NCBI GenBank assembly: GCA_049724395.1
Contig: JAUGWO010000059.1
Span: 1 to 64,000 of the forward strand
DNA: 64,000 bases
Source of the DNA: Spongospora subterranea f. sp. subterranea
Taxonomy: Eukaryota
Reading direction: 5' to 3'
Program-made: the position numbers and the translations under genes
In this document: positions 1 to 11,294 of the stretch, piece by piece
Numbering within the stretch: position 1 is the stretch's first letter
Layout: every line of letters begins with the position of its first letter
Notes under the pieces: generated by a model
What the model saw: only the letters and a program-made list of their open reading frames with translations
Told to the model about the DNA's origin: nothing
Database searches by the model: none

Positions 1-388
1 CGTGCCAGCTTGAATGTAATTAACTTCCCACTGAAAGATTGGTGTGGTTAATCAATGACAACTGCTCGACAAACAAGAGAACGGCAGAGTTGTTAAACGT
101 GCCACTGCTGGGTTGCAGAAGCCATCGATTTAATCTAGCTGTTGAGGCATATTTGGCCGCCACGCTGTCGATTAAAAATCCAAGGTGACCAAGTTAATGT
201 CTGAACTATCGACCCTCAAAGAGGCAGGACGTTTGCGTTTGACAACACGATTGCGGCCCGTGAAACGGAATGTTAGTCGTTGTACTGGCGCCATCCGTAT
301 GTTACAACGCTACAATAGGATTGCTGATCAAATCAACAGTGACCGTGATATGGCGCAATTGCTTCCTTCTTACAGAGGTCGAATTTAA
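1..388 (+). pseudogene. hAT-like (oomycete-type) DDE transposase remnant
   Basis: From 57 reads DNCSTNKRTAELLNVPLLGCRSHRFNLAVEAYL (DN...CxxH motif of hAT-like transposases), then frameshifts into VTKLMSELSTLKEAGRLRLTTRLRPVKRNVSR; truncated at ~390. Confidence 0.65.
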
Positions 389-394
389 ATTCGA

Positions 395-800
395 CCTCCC
401 GTCCGTCTCTGACGATTTCCATGGGTCACCGGCGCATGTTGCCAGTTTTGGAAACGTCCGGCCTTGTTCTGCCGACAGCCGCTCTTCGGAGCGCTGCCGT
501 TCGACCCGTTGCGCCTGGCCCTGCGACCAACACTGGCGCGCCCGCCGCGTTCGCTTCGGGCGACTCAGGAGCATAACCGTCGCCATCCTGCTCGCGCTTC
601 ACTGCGATCGTTGCTGTCGGGCTGGACGGCGACAGCCGGGCTACCAGCTGCTCCATGACCCGCGCGATGCAGTCTTGCTCTGCTTGCAGCTTCTCTATCG
701 CCTCGCGGCTATGCTCCCGCATCTCCACCAGACTTTGGCGGATCTCATCCATCGTCGCTCCCGATCAATAGATCCGAGTATTTGTAGTGCCGTTACCCTC
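395..800 (-). mobile_element. Possible LTR-retrotransposon 5' fragment (gag N-terminus)
   Basis: GC-rich ORF 752-426 (MDEIRQSLVEMREHSREAIEKLQAEQ: coiled coil, then Ala/Pro-rich) preceded on the minus strand by ...GGCACTACA, a possible LTR 3' end; no diagnostic domain seen. Confidence 0.3.
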
Positions 801-966
801 AGGGAGCAATATTAGTAGTTAGAAGGTGAGGTTTTTGAAAAGAAACCAAAGTGGTCGTCTAAAGTATATTCGGACCTATTATAACTTTTTAAAAAAAGGG
901 GTCTGCCGGCCTTCGTCTCCCACGCAAGGAGTCACACTCTTACGTCTTGGCGTGAATCACGGCCAG

Positions 967-1825
967 TCACCATATGGATCCATCGGAAACAACGCCATAG
1001 TTTTTGTATATTCGTGATGTGACGTTGATATTTTTCAAAAATGTGACCATTTCTTCAGTGAAGTGATCATCCGAAGGGATTATATATGAATTCCCTGTTA
1101 AATTAGAAACTTGAGCAGAAATTATCCTGTTGAAGTTAGAGAGTATCTCCCATTCTTCTGGTTTAAACAACTCAGGTAAAGCACAATGAGCACGGCGTGC
1201 ACCTTTCTGAATGGTGTGTATACGACCGTAGAAATCGATTTGATAATGATTATTCAGTGCCACGTTATATTCCCAACCTGGGCCTTCACCATCATTTTTT
1301 GCTTGCAAGACGTCTTTAAGAGTAGGGCCCGATTTGAATGGCCAACTGAAATTGAAAACAATGTAAATTGACCCCGCAAGATCTTTTAGGATGTCTCTGC
1401 AGGTCCATGATGTGATTTTTGCTGATGGACCTGAAAATTGAAATGCTTAAACAACAAAGACGTCCCATCAATTGCAAAATTGCAATGCATTAACACAAAC
1501 CAACTACTAGTAATTGGCGAAATAAAAACCACAATTGACTCATGCAATATTGAACCGGAATATGCACCGAACATGATAAGTAGGAATAATAATCAATATA
1601 AACAGAAGAAAATGTTAACCCAATTTGGTCAGTCAATAACAGTAATTTACTTGGTTTTGGAAAAAGGCGCTCAAGACCAGTCAGTCGCTGCTGGAGGGCA
1701 GTAATCAAAGGGGCATAAACCAGAATGAGATCGCGATCGTTGTGCGTCTCTGCAGCATCAAGGTGAGCCTTGGCAGCAGATAAGTCCGCCTTGAGCTGTT
1801 TCATCTCTTCCTTCAAATCCACCAT
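967..1825 (-). CDS. Two-exon orphan protein (~210 aa): N-terminal helical/coiled-coil header plus unknown C-terminal domain
   Basis: Exon 1 1825-1651 (MVDLKEEMKQLKADLSAAKAHLDAAE...), intron 1650-1431 (gtaaat...ttttcag), exon 2 1430-967 joins in phase (SPSAKITSWTCRDILKDLAGSIY...PTLKDVLQAKNDGEGPGWEY...LPELFKPEEWEILSNFN). Confidence 0.7.
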
Positions 1826-2057
1826 CGGCGACCGAGCGTGACAATGACCAGTCCACAGGTTGTGAAAAAGTCCGCGCAGTTTTCATTCTGTTTGTGGTCT
1901 GGGTGCGGGGCAAGAGGCAAGGGGATATTGTTTTCATGCGCGCGAGCATGGTACGCGCGCGTACCCATACGCGCGCGGAGTTTTTGTTCATACTATTCCC
2001 CTCTCAGTCGTGGCGCAACCCTGAGCTTTAGCCAAGAAGACCGTACACTTTTTTCTA

Positions 2058-5000
2058 ATGGAGGCGGAGGCAGGTAACGTCGTTGCAAGGTATGAACCCT
2101 TCTTTTCGATTTGCATAGTTTTTTGATCCATGTCGTATCAGTATTGATAATAGAGGCACACTCGAAGCCGGGTCTCAATTCGAGACTTTTGAGCAATTAG
2201 AGGCGGAAGTCCGGCGTTTTGCCCAACAACGAGGATTCAATTGCGGCAAATCCACCCATAAGATGGACGATGCCAGGTCGCAACTGATTTTTGCTAGATC
2301 CGCTGTCCAGAGGGGCACTTTTTATTGCACTTCTAAAATCCATGGAAAATGCAGTTTTAAAGTTCCATTCACCTTCATGTTCGCCCAGCGCCATTATATC
2401 ATCAAGGATACCGATGGTTTAAATTTAGATCATAATCATAGCGTCGACGTGATACCTGAAAGTTCAGACGTTCTCGTTCGTTTCGAGAGAGATCTGTACC
2501 CATCGGAAAAGGACCTCATGATTACTTGTGGCTGTCATGCAAATGCGCCATTGTTGCGCCGCATCCTTGCAACACAATTTCCCCAGAGACACTACGACAG
2601 CCATTTGATTCAGCGTATGATCAAGAAGAGCAAGGTAGCTAATTTTGGTTCCGATCCAGACGGCATGAAAGATTTCTTCGCCTTCGGGACAGATATCTCA
2701 AATTCAGGAGGAATTTTCCAGCTGGAGTTCGAAGAAGACCTGCGCATCAACGGTGCCATTGTTCAAACTACAGCAATGGAGAAATATTGTCGGTCTTATT
2801 CGGATTTCACTCTTCTGGATGGTACCTTCAACATCAGTGTATATTCACTGATTTTGTTGGTTTTCTCAAATATTGACTGTTTGGGCAAAACGGTCATAGG
2901 TGGTATCGGGTTTGCTCCATCCGAAAATTCTAGGAGCGTGATAAAGGCCTATCAGACTTTTTATCAGTATTTCACTGGAGCTTCGGTTTTGATGACTGAT
3001 GGAGCTTCGGCTTTTGAGACAGCTGCTTGTGAACTGCGATTGCGCCATCTGCTCTGCACAAAACATTTTCAGAAATCTATCCTCCATTGTCACCGTGGAA
3101 TGAATTCCGAGTTCCGCAATACCTTCATGAGAGATTGCCACTCTCTACTTTGTACTATTTTTGATTCGGAGGTATCCTTTTTGGATTTTTTTAACACATT
3201 CTATGCGAGGCTTGCTGGTTATGGTGATGCTCTCCGGTTTCTTGATTCCGTTCTGGTCAAGAAGGAGAAAGTTTGTGCAACCTTCACGTCCAAATGTTTC
3301 ACTGCAGGACATGTGACGACACAGCGGGCCGAGTCCATCAATGCAAGGATCAAAGAGTCAGGTCTCAACAATGCGCATATAGCGAAGTTCAATTTGAACC
3401 AGCTAACCAGGCATGTCATTTCGCTGACAAAGAGGCAAGATTTGTGTTCTTTGCGCGAAATTCAATTGTTGATACGCGAGGGTCGCAAATGGAGTCGTTA
3501 CGTCGACGATCGATGGAAGGCACAAAACCTCCAGGTCAGCGAATATGAATCCATACTTGTCGGAAACATTTGGAGCGTTTCAAAGCGTTGTGACAAATCG
3601 GATCCACATTCCGTCACCATATCAACTGGCCACGATGCGTTTCCGCTGTGTAATTGTGCCTATTTTGGCAGTTGCCAGATTCCGTGTGTTGGAATCTGTG
3701 CAGTGTTCCACAAAATAGCGCTGCCTCTTTTCAACATTGATACCTTAGCTGGACGATGGCATCTAGTTAACCACCCGTTATACGAGCAAGCCCTGTCTTG
3801 CCTTGGGATCGTGCATTCCAACACACCTCCCGCTTCTTCAAGCAGTGGACATCAACCTACTGAGGAAGTGGTCACTCAAAGGGGTGAGTACCCTCCCAAT
3901 TTGTGTCCTTATGTTTACCATTATGTAGGTGTCTCGTTGGACCTTTATCAACGAATCACTGTTCCAAGAACAAGAGACGTCCGATACAGGATCATTGACG
4001 AGAAGTGCCGGGCATTGGCGTCCATCGGCTCATCTCAGGGAGATCACGTGTATAGGCTCACGATCGCGGCACTAGCGGATGCACAAGCGGTTGTTGATGC
4101 TGCATTGCATGGACCTAGCCCAACCGAGTCACGTGGATTGCTGCCGCCACTACACCGAAACCGTTCGAGTGGCCGTCCTATCGTTGAATCCGGCAACCTC
4201 TCTTCTTTGAATCGTCCGTTGCCTTCTAGGCGACCTGTACATTGCTCCGTCTGTAGCACCGCTGGGCGTTCCGATAGTCTGGGTCATCGAGCCAATAGCC
4301 GCAATTGTCCTCTTTTCCAGGGTCTGTATGACATCTTTTTTAACCCTTCTCTTGAATGCTTCCGTAGCCAGTCAACTTTTCTTCTTGTCTCTCATTTATT
4401 TCGTCTCGCTCTTCAGGAACTAGTGTTCCTCGTGAACCTTTCGCCTCCGTTCCTGCTGATGATCTACCCGTTTGCCCACAAATCTCTGATCCAATACTAG
4501 CTACTGCATTAGAAATGCCTGGGATTGACAATCAAGGTCTGAATAGCATTTAGTTGTTGTTTTTAGTGAAATTAAGATCCCTTTTCTTACCGTAAATAGG
4601 GTGTCAGGCAGAGGTTGTCGACGAAGAAAGCAACCCCACCATTTCCGTATCATCTGAGGATGACAGTAGCTTCAACTCCTTGTTCGCAAATAGCGAGTCT
4701 GAGTATCCCATTGTCGCAAGAGATGGGTCGATTGATGTTGCTGTTCCTGAGCCTAACGGTCAAATCGAACCGGCGTTTGAACCCAGCCTGTAGACATTGC
4801 TTTCCACTTTCTTTAAACTTGATGTAAAATAATAGTTTGTTCAGTCCTGAGATTGGTCCTGGAACAAAAATATTTTATTGGATTCCAGGCAGGGTTCGCG
4901 GTGTCGCCGAGAGTGCGATGTATGCACAGATTCTAACAGTATGATGTTGTTTTACGCATGTTAAAGCCCGAATAAGTCATTCATTTTATAGGTTTTCGAA

Positions 5001-5310
5001 CCGGAGAGGTACATGGAAACAAACGTCCCGTTTGAGCTTGACTCAGGTCATATACTCTATCTTGATACGGAGGTATTGAATCATCACGTTTTGTAAACTG
5101 TCGACGCAACGCTGAAACATATATTTGTAGATACGAGTTGTTGCCCCAATTTGTTCCATTGGCATGATTCGAATTGACAAATTCGTGTTAACACCTGGCA
5201 CTGTCCATGGCGTAACCGCAGCTGAAATTTTGGGTGACAACATCAGGCAGCACATCGAAACATTGAAGAATAACAATCCTGGTTATGAGGATTTCTTTCG
5301 AGTAATTTGA
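2058..5310 (+). mobile_element. Mutator-like (MULE) transposase gene: FAR1-type N-terminus, DDE core, SWIM-like finger, zinc knuckle, extra spliced C-terminal exons
   Basis: ATG 2058 and intron 2090-2141 join GSQFETFEQLEAEVRRFAQQRGF in frame to ORF 2263-4500; motifs LLDGTFN, LMTDGASAF, HLLCTKHF, TTQRAESIN; CNC...IPCVG; CSVC...GHRANSRNCP; further GT-AG bounded exons continue to TGA 5308-5310. Confidence 0.85.
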
Positions 5311-5541
5311 CTATTAATAATAAAATTGCAAGCGACAGTAATTTTGGTATAATCGTTCTTATTGTAGCTCCTAGTAAATATACTTTAGCCCGAAACCTGG
5401 ACTATCCCTCTTTACGTCTTAATGTATTGCCACAGGTGTTTTCCCAAATTTTCTGCTGCGGCTATGCCCTCTGAACAACTTTTACGATTGGTAGGGAAGT
5501 GGTCAGAAAGTGGTCAAGATGCAATCCTCCCGAAAAGTCTA

Positions 5542-7779
5542 CCGTAGACTCTCTTATAATTGCTCTTCTTATAATTGATAATCTCTTATAATTGATTGCC
5601 CGGTCGTCCACCGACTCCGTTCTATGGGTTATAATTGATATTCTCTTATACTTGATAATTGATACCTTTGCCGGAACAGATCATTGATAATTATAAGTAA
5701 GAGCATCTTTTCCTAGAACATGGTAGGTTTATTTTTGGAAGAATGAGCGAATGTCAATCTGTTTTAGAGGTATCGTACGATTTGCCGATCTAATCTGAAC
5801 CAGTTCCATCAAAATACGACGACATTGACGGATAGCCGCTTCATTTTCCAACGGATCGTCAACTAACCGTCGTCTTGACTGACGTTATCTTCTCATCAAG
5901 GGTCAGTCCCTCATCAACGACGACGTCATTTTCGAACTCCGGTTCGTCATCTTCTGATTCAGCAAAAAGCTCCACCAATTCAGCATCGGAAAATTTGTGG
6001 CGGATGTCCTGCGCGGACTCATCAGCAGCGATCTCGTCGAAGGTAAAGACAGACGTAATTTTCAACTGCTCCACGCTTTTCAAATAGTTCTTCATCAAGA
6101 TCATCATCAAAATGGTTTTGGATCGAAACACTATCAGACAGCCCAGTATGACGCCAACAGTTTGCTATTGTGGATGCCGTAACAACACTCCAGGAGGCTT
6201 TACACCATCTCATTGCCTTTAGGATATTTACCTTATAGATGACCTTCTCTCCAACAGAATCTCGATCGATAGCATGGGAAAGGTGGAAGGAACGGTAACG
6301 TTTTTTGAATGCTGCAATAATTCCAGCATCCATTGGCTGGATGCGAGATGTCGTATTCGGAGGAAGAAACCGGACTGTAATGTTAGAAAGCGCAAGGTTT
6401 TTGACGCTGTGTGTTGGTGCATTGTCAAGAAGTAAAAGGACACGACGTTGCAGTCGTTTCATCCGAGAGATTAAAAAAGCTGCAACCATTCTTGAAAGAG
6501 CAGAGAAATTATCCAAGCCTTCTTGTTATTCCGGGAAAAAAATCCGAGTTCCTTTCCATTTTTCTTGTTGAATGCTCTTGGATTCGCAGCATATCCGATG
6601 AACAAAAGCTCGTCTTTTTCTGTTCCATCAGAATTAGCACACAGGGCAATGCTAATCCGGGTCTTATCCTTCTTCATGCCCTCCAGCTGTCGCGTTGCAA
6701 TTGTCCGGTCTGGGGCGAGACAATAGAACAGTCCGGTTTCGTCCATATTGAAGACGTCTTGTGGTGCGTATTCTTTAATTACTGCCCGGAGTTCAGGAAG
6801 AGCCGCATTGATTGCAACAACATCGGCGGGCCCGCTTTCGCCAGACATCACGACAGTCCTGAGGCCATGACGATCCAAAAACTTTTCAAGCCATCCATCT
6901 GAGAAACTAGGTCGCTGGTCTTCTGGAAGTTTTAACCGGTCGGCGAAATCCCGAGCTTTTGCCTGAACTAGGTTCCAAGTTAAGATCACTCTGTTTTCTT
7001 GACGTTGGATGATCCATTCAGCTAAAACGTTGTCAAGTTCAGGCGATTTGAGAATCCGCTTTCTTTTCAGGTAGCGCGTATTTTTGCTCAGTTGGTCAGG
7101 AATTCCGCGCTTGTTATTGAGGATATTCGAAATCGTTGATTGAATCGGTAGATTTTTTAGACTGAACTCTTTCTTCATCCAGTGCCTGAGCTTCTGTTGC
7201 GTCATACCTTTCTCTTTGCTTGTCGCAATTACCATTACGACTTGCTCATTAGTTAGGTTGCCACCTTTTGCAGACTTTCCACGAAAATCCGCTAGGACTG
7301 TCGAGATCGTCGCTTGTGTCAATTTGTTGAGGCCAAACTCCGCGGTAGCCCATTCAGCAAGCTTCATTTGAGTCAACCTCGGAGCGGATGAATGTTTTTG
7401 CCAAATTTGCAAGCGCTGCTCCGAAGAGAGTTTGGACCTAGGCTGAGAGCAATCTGCAGCGGCGCAAGACACGGGAACTATTCTTCGCCAGAAGCAGTCA
7501 TCGTATCGGAATTGCGATCCGATTCTAGATCTTATTCAGATGACGGCGCCCGTTCATGTTTTCCGAGGAAGCACACTCCGGACTTTGAGCACCAGATGCG
7601 TTGGCCGTATCCTTCAGCATCCATTTCAAACGGTTTCCCGCAGAAGGGGTGCATGAAACGCTGGCATCCAGGACATCTTAAAACTCTATAAATCTTCCCT
7701 TCTCCAATCAGCTCCGGTGGGAATTAACTTACCGATGATGGCCACTAATGGAGCCGTTGCATCCAGCGCACGTATTCAT
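5542..7779 (-). mobile_element. pogo/Tigger-family DNA transposon (CENP-B-type HTHs plus DDE_1, DD31D), frameshifted; one TIR present
   Basis: TA at 5540-5541 then CCGTAGACTCTCTTATAATTG with repeated TTATAATTG subterminal motifs (5550-5700); ORF 7472-6471 (HTH repeats, FSDGWLEKFLDRH, FNMDETGL, NNKKAW) and ORF 6516-6022 (LLLDNAPTH...QPMDAGII, 31 residues between D2 and D3); second TIR not found. Confidence 0.9.
7560..7779 (-). pseudogene. PHD-like zinc finger exons upstream of the pogo transposase
   Basis: ATG 7779, intron 7732-7686 (gtaag...ttatag) gives MNTCAGCNGSISGHHRVLRCPGCQRFMHPFCGKPFEMDAEGYGQRIWCSKSGVC, a C4-H-C3-like pattern; two stops and a frameshift separate it from the transposase ORF. 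Confidence 0.6.
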
Positions 7780-7941
7780 ATCAATGACGTCGACACAGCA
7801 AGCAACCAGGGAAACGAGCAGAGCTGCAAACGAAGAGCCTGAGATTTGACGACACTTCCGGGTCAAACCATCTCCTCGCAGTTCCCGCTGTTTTTTTTCC
7901 AGTTTCGCAGTTGCGCACTAAATATTTGCGAACTCAGAAGC

Positions 7942-8059
7942 AAACTGCGCGCGCAGTTTTTATTTCTTATCCTGGTGGGTCCCACTGGTCCCCAGTCCCA
8001 GGACCAAATAACTGCGGTTATTTGGTCGGATCAGGGCAAATAACTGTAGTTATTTGGGA
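7942..8059. repeat. Cluster of palindromes upstream of the Crypton fragment
   Basis: Perfect 18-bp palindrome AAACTGCGCGCGCAGTTT 7942-7959; GACCAAATAAC-tgcg-GTTATTTGGTC 8002-8027; related CAAATAAC-tgta-GTTATTTG 8037-8056. Confidence 0.85.
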
Positions 8060-8239
8060 CGCAGGTCCTCAGTCAGCTTGTCCGCCCATCGCCACTGTAT
8101 CTATCTATAAATCGTCTTCACATCTGGTCGTCTTCATACAGTTTATCTGTTCATTGACAGTTGGATCTTTGCATGGCGATGCCATCCGATGCCATCATTG
8201 CACTACCCGCATCGTCGTCATCTACCTCAGTACTCAATA

Positions 8240-8414
8240 TTGAGATGCACGGAATCGATCCTTCGAACGCATCAACGTAGTCTGGAGATTCGCCCAAAGA
8301 ATACAACCAAGGCGTATGCAAGTCGTCATGCCGAATTTCAAGCATGGTGCATTGACAAAGGGTTCTCCGATGGCAGCACGGTGACCGGAGACAAATTGCA
8401 TTTTTTTTTTAGCA
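8240..8414 (+). mobile_element. Crypton (tyrosine-recombinase transposon) N-terminal fragment, cut off at the gypsy LTR
   Basis: RPKNTTKAYASRHAEFQAWCIDKGFSDGSTVTGDKLHFF matches the N-terminal helical motif recalled for fungal/oomycete Crypton (NDC10-related) recombinases. Confidence 0.7.
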
Positions 8415-8757
8415 TGATAACCTGCTTCGCGATTTGGTTAAGCTAGAAAACGTTTTATGCTACGTCCCCACTGGAGGGCAAGGACGGACCAGAGAGAGAG
8501 ACAGGAAAAAAGAGAGAGAAATTTATTAAAGAAGATTTTCAAAGAGATCATGAGTGTAAGACCTTGAACAGCCGGAGCTGGGAGCTAGTCTACGAATGCA
8601 GGCGAACAAGCGTATCAAGAGCAGATTAGATTCGAGAATGTTTATTTGGTTGACAGTACAGTTATTTAGGCTCGACTCGTGCTCGACTCGTGCTCGGCAT
8701 AGGTAGTTCTGCAACGACCGTAATAAAAGTAGAAGTTGCGTGAACTGGATCATGACA
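8415..8757 (-). repeat. 3' LTR of the Ty3/gypsy element
   Basis: Minus-strand polypurine tract GAAGGGGAGTAA followed by TGTCATG at 8757; AATAAA near 8521-8526; possible CA ends at 8458 or 8415. Confidence 0.65.
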
Positions 8758-11290
8758 TTACTCCCCTTCGAGACGAGCGGATTCCAGACGCCCGAGATTG
8801 CGTAAAAGCCGGGCCAGGAAGATCGGGATGAGATTTGTGGAACTCGGCGACGAGTCGTGGAACATCCTGAGCAATAATCTCGGCGGGCTCCCAAGAGCGA
8901 TCGGCAGGAGAGTAACCTTTCCAGTCAATTAGATACTGGAGCCGGGACCGGTAATAACGAGAGTCCAGGATCAGATTAACCAGGTAGTGCGGGGTCAATG
9001 AAGGATCATCGGCGGCGAAAACTGGATGAGGAGGGCCTTGGACGCGATGAGGAATCGTATTAACATTGTGGGGAGAGAGCAAGGAGACGTGGAACACGGG
9101 ATGGATCTTCATAGACGCTGGAAGATCGAGTTCAACAGTGACAGGGCCAAGAACACGTTTGATAACAAAAGGGCCAATCCTACGAGCAGAGAGTTTAGGG
9201 CATGGTCGTGCTGAGGGAATGTTGGAAGTAGATAACCAAACTTGATCACCAACAGAATAAATAGGGGCAGGGGCGCGATGACGATCAGCGTATTCTTGGT
9301 AGCGATTTTGAGCGAAGCGAATCTGGGAACCAAGCCATTGATGTAGATCGGTGAGAGTCTTGACATACGATTCAGCACGAGGAACCTGGGCAGTAGAGGG
9401 GACAGCAGGATCAAATTTGGGATGATAACCCCGAAGAGCGAAAAAGGGGCTTAAATTCGTAGCGGAATGAAGAGAATTATTGTAAGAAAATTCAGCAAGA
9501 GGCAAAAGGTGAGACCAATCATCTTGTCGATACGAAGTATAACAACGAAGATATTGTTCGAGAACTTGGTTGAGGCGTTCGGTCTGGCCGTTTGTCTGGC
9601 AATGATATCCCGAGGTAAGCGAGACGTCGGCTCCAAGAAGTTCGAAAAGTCTATTCCAAAATTTGGAAATAAATTGAGGGCCACGATCACTGATAATCTG
9701 GTCGGGAACACCATAGAGACGAACAATGGTGGATAGAAAGATATGGGCAGTGCTTTCAGCATCTGGAGGACCATGACAGGGAACAAAATGGCCAGTCTTG
9801 GTGAGACGGTCGACGAAAACCAGAATGCAGTTGGAACCATCGGAAAGGGGAAGGTCAGTGATAAAATCAAGACCAACCGAGCTGAAGGGATGTGAGGGGA
9901 CGGAGAGGGGTTGAAGGAGGCCAGCGGGCTTCTTGCGCGAAGCCTTGGAGCGTGCACAGGTGTCGCAGGTACGAACATAATTCTTGACATAAGAGTTCAT
10001 GCCTGGCCACCAGTAGTTACGCTTGACCAAATCGAGGGTACGGGCGGAACCATAGTGACCTGCCGTAGAAGAATCGTGACAGGAACGGAGGACAGCGAGA
10101 CGACAGTCGTCGATGTCAGGGACGTAGATGTGGTTCCGGAAGAGCAGGACGTTTCCGGATTGGGAGAACTCGGAGTCTGAAGAGAGATCGGACAACTTGG
10201 CTTGGGCAAAGTCGTCCTTGGCGGTAGCTTGGACGAGGCGATCATAAAACGCTGGAGAGGGAAGGCCAGGGGAGGTAGACGACAGAAGGCAAAGAGCAGA
10301 GGGAGCAGGAGCGGGATCAGGAACGGGATCAGGGATTGAGACGGGACCGGGGACGAGGACAGGATCGGGAACAAGGAAGGCGTCTTGACGAAACATGGGA
10401 GAAGCAGCGGGACGAGGCTGTCCGGCTTCGTGATCAGGACGACGAGAGAGAGAGCATCGGCTTTTCCGTTGCGGGAACCGGGGCGGTACGTGAAAACGAG
10501 GTTAAACCGGGAAAAGAATTGAGACCATCGGGCTTGACGGCTGGAAAGGGATTTCATGGTGTGGAAATAGCGCAGAGATTCATGGTCAGTGGGAACAAGA
10601 ATAGGATGAACGGCACCTTCGAGGTAATGGCGCCAGACAGTGCAGGCAGCTTTAATCGCCAATAATTCTTTGTCTCGAATGTCGTAGCGGGATTCGGCAT
10701 CATTGAGGGATCGGGAATAGAAGCAGCAAGGGTGAAGGAGTCCTTCTGCATCGGGTTGGGACAGGATTGCGCCAATAGCGAAGTTACTGGCGTCAGTTTC
10801 GAGCGTGAAAGGTTTGGTGGGGTCAGCATGAACAAGGATTGGGGCGGAAGTGAACGCTTCCTTCAGCGTCTGGAATGATTGTTCCTGAACAGAAGACCAA
10901 GTGAAAGCAGTGTTTTTGCGAGTTAACCGAATCAGAGGTCGGACGATAGCAGCAAAATTGTGAATAAAACGACGGTAGAAATTTGCGAAACCAATGAACG
11001 ACTGGACAGCTTTAACATTATGCGGAGAAGGCCAGTCAGTGATAGCATTGATTTTAAAAGGGTCCATAGCAATTCCAGAAGATGAAACAAGAAACCCCAA
11101 AAATTCGGTTGAGGAGGTGGAAAAGGCACATTTTTCAATCGTAGCACAAAGCTTGTGTTCACGTAAAATCTGTAAAACTTGACGAACATGGTCTTCGTGA
11201 TCAGAAATGTCGGACGAGAACACCAAAATATCATCAAGATATATAATCACGAAACGTTCAAGAAAGGGGCGAAATATATTGAAATAAACC
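8750..11290 (-). mobile_element. Ty3/gypsy chromovirus pol (RT, RNase H, integrase, chromodomain), 5'-truncated, one frameshift
   Basis: IIYLDDILV (RT); ETDASNFAIGAIL and KELLAI (RNase H); HDS...GH...CDTC zinc finger, GLDFITDL, ISDRGPQF, GQTERLNQ (integrase); GPF module; YLIDWKGYSPADRSWEP (chromodomain); frameshift at a GA run near 10445. Confidence 0.95.
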
Positions 11291-11294
11291 GGAG

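Noticed and set aside
270..815. 181-aa plus-strand ORF
   Set aside because: Antisense shadow of the GC-rich minus-strand ORF; spans a junction between unrelated fragments
828..5528. MULE termini: 12-bp inverted match CTAAAGTATATT (~859 and ~5377) and 9-bp direct match TTACGTCTT (940 and 5412)
   Set aside because: The two candidates give inconsistent boundaries and are short enough to arise by chance; the element ends remain undefined
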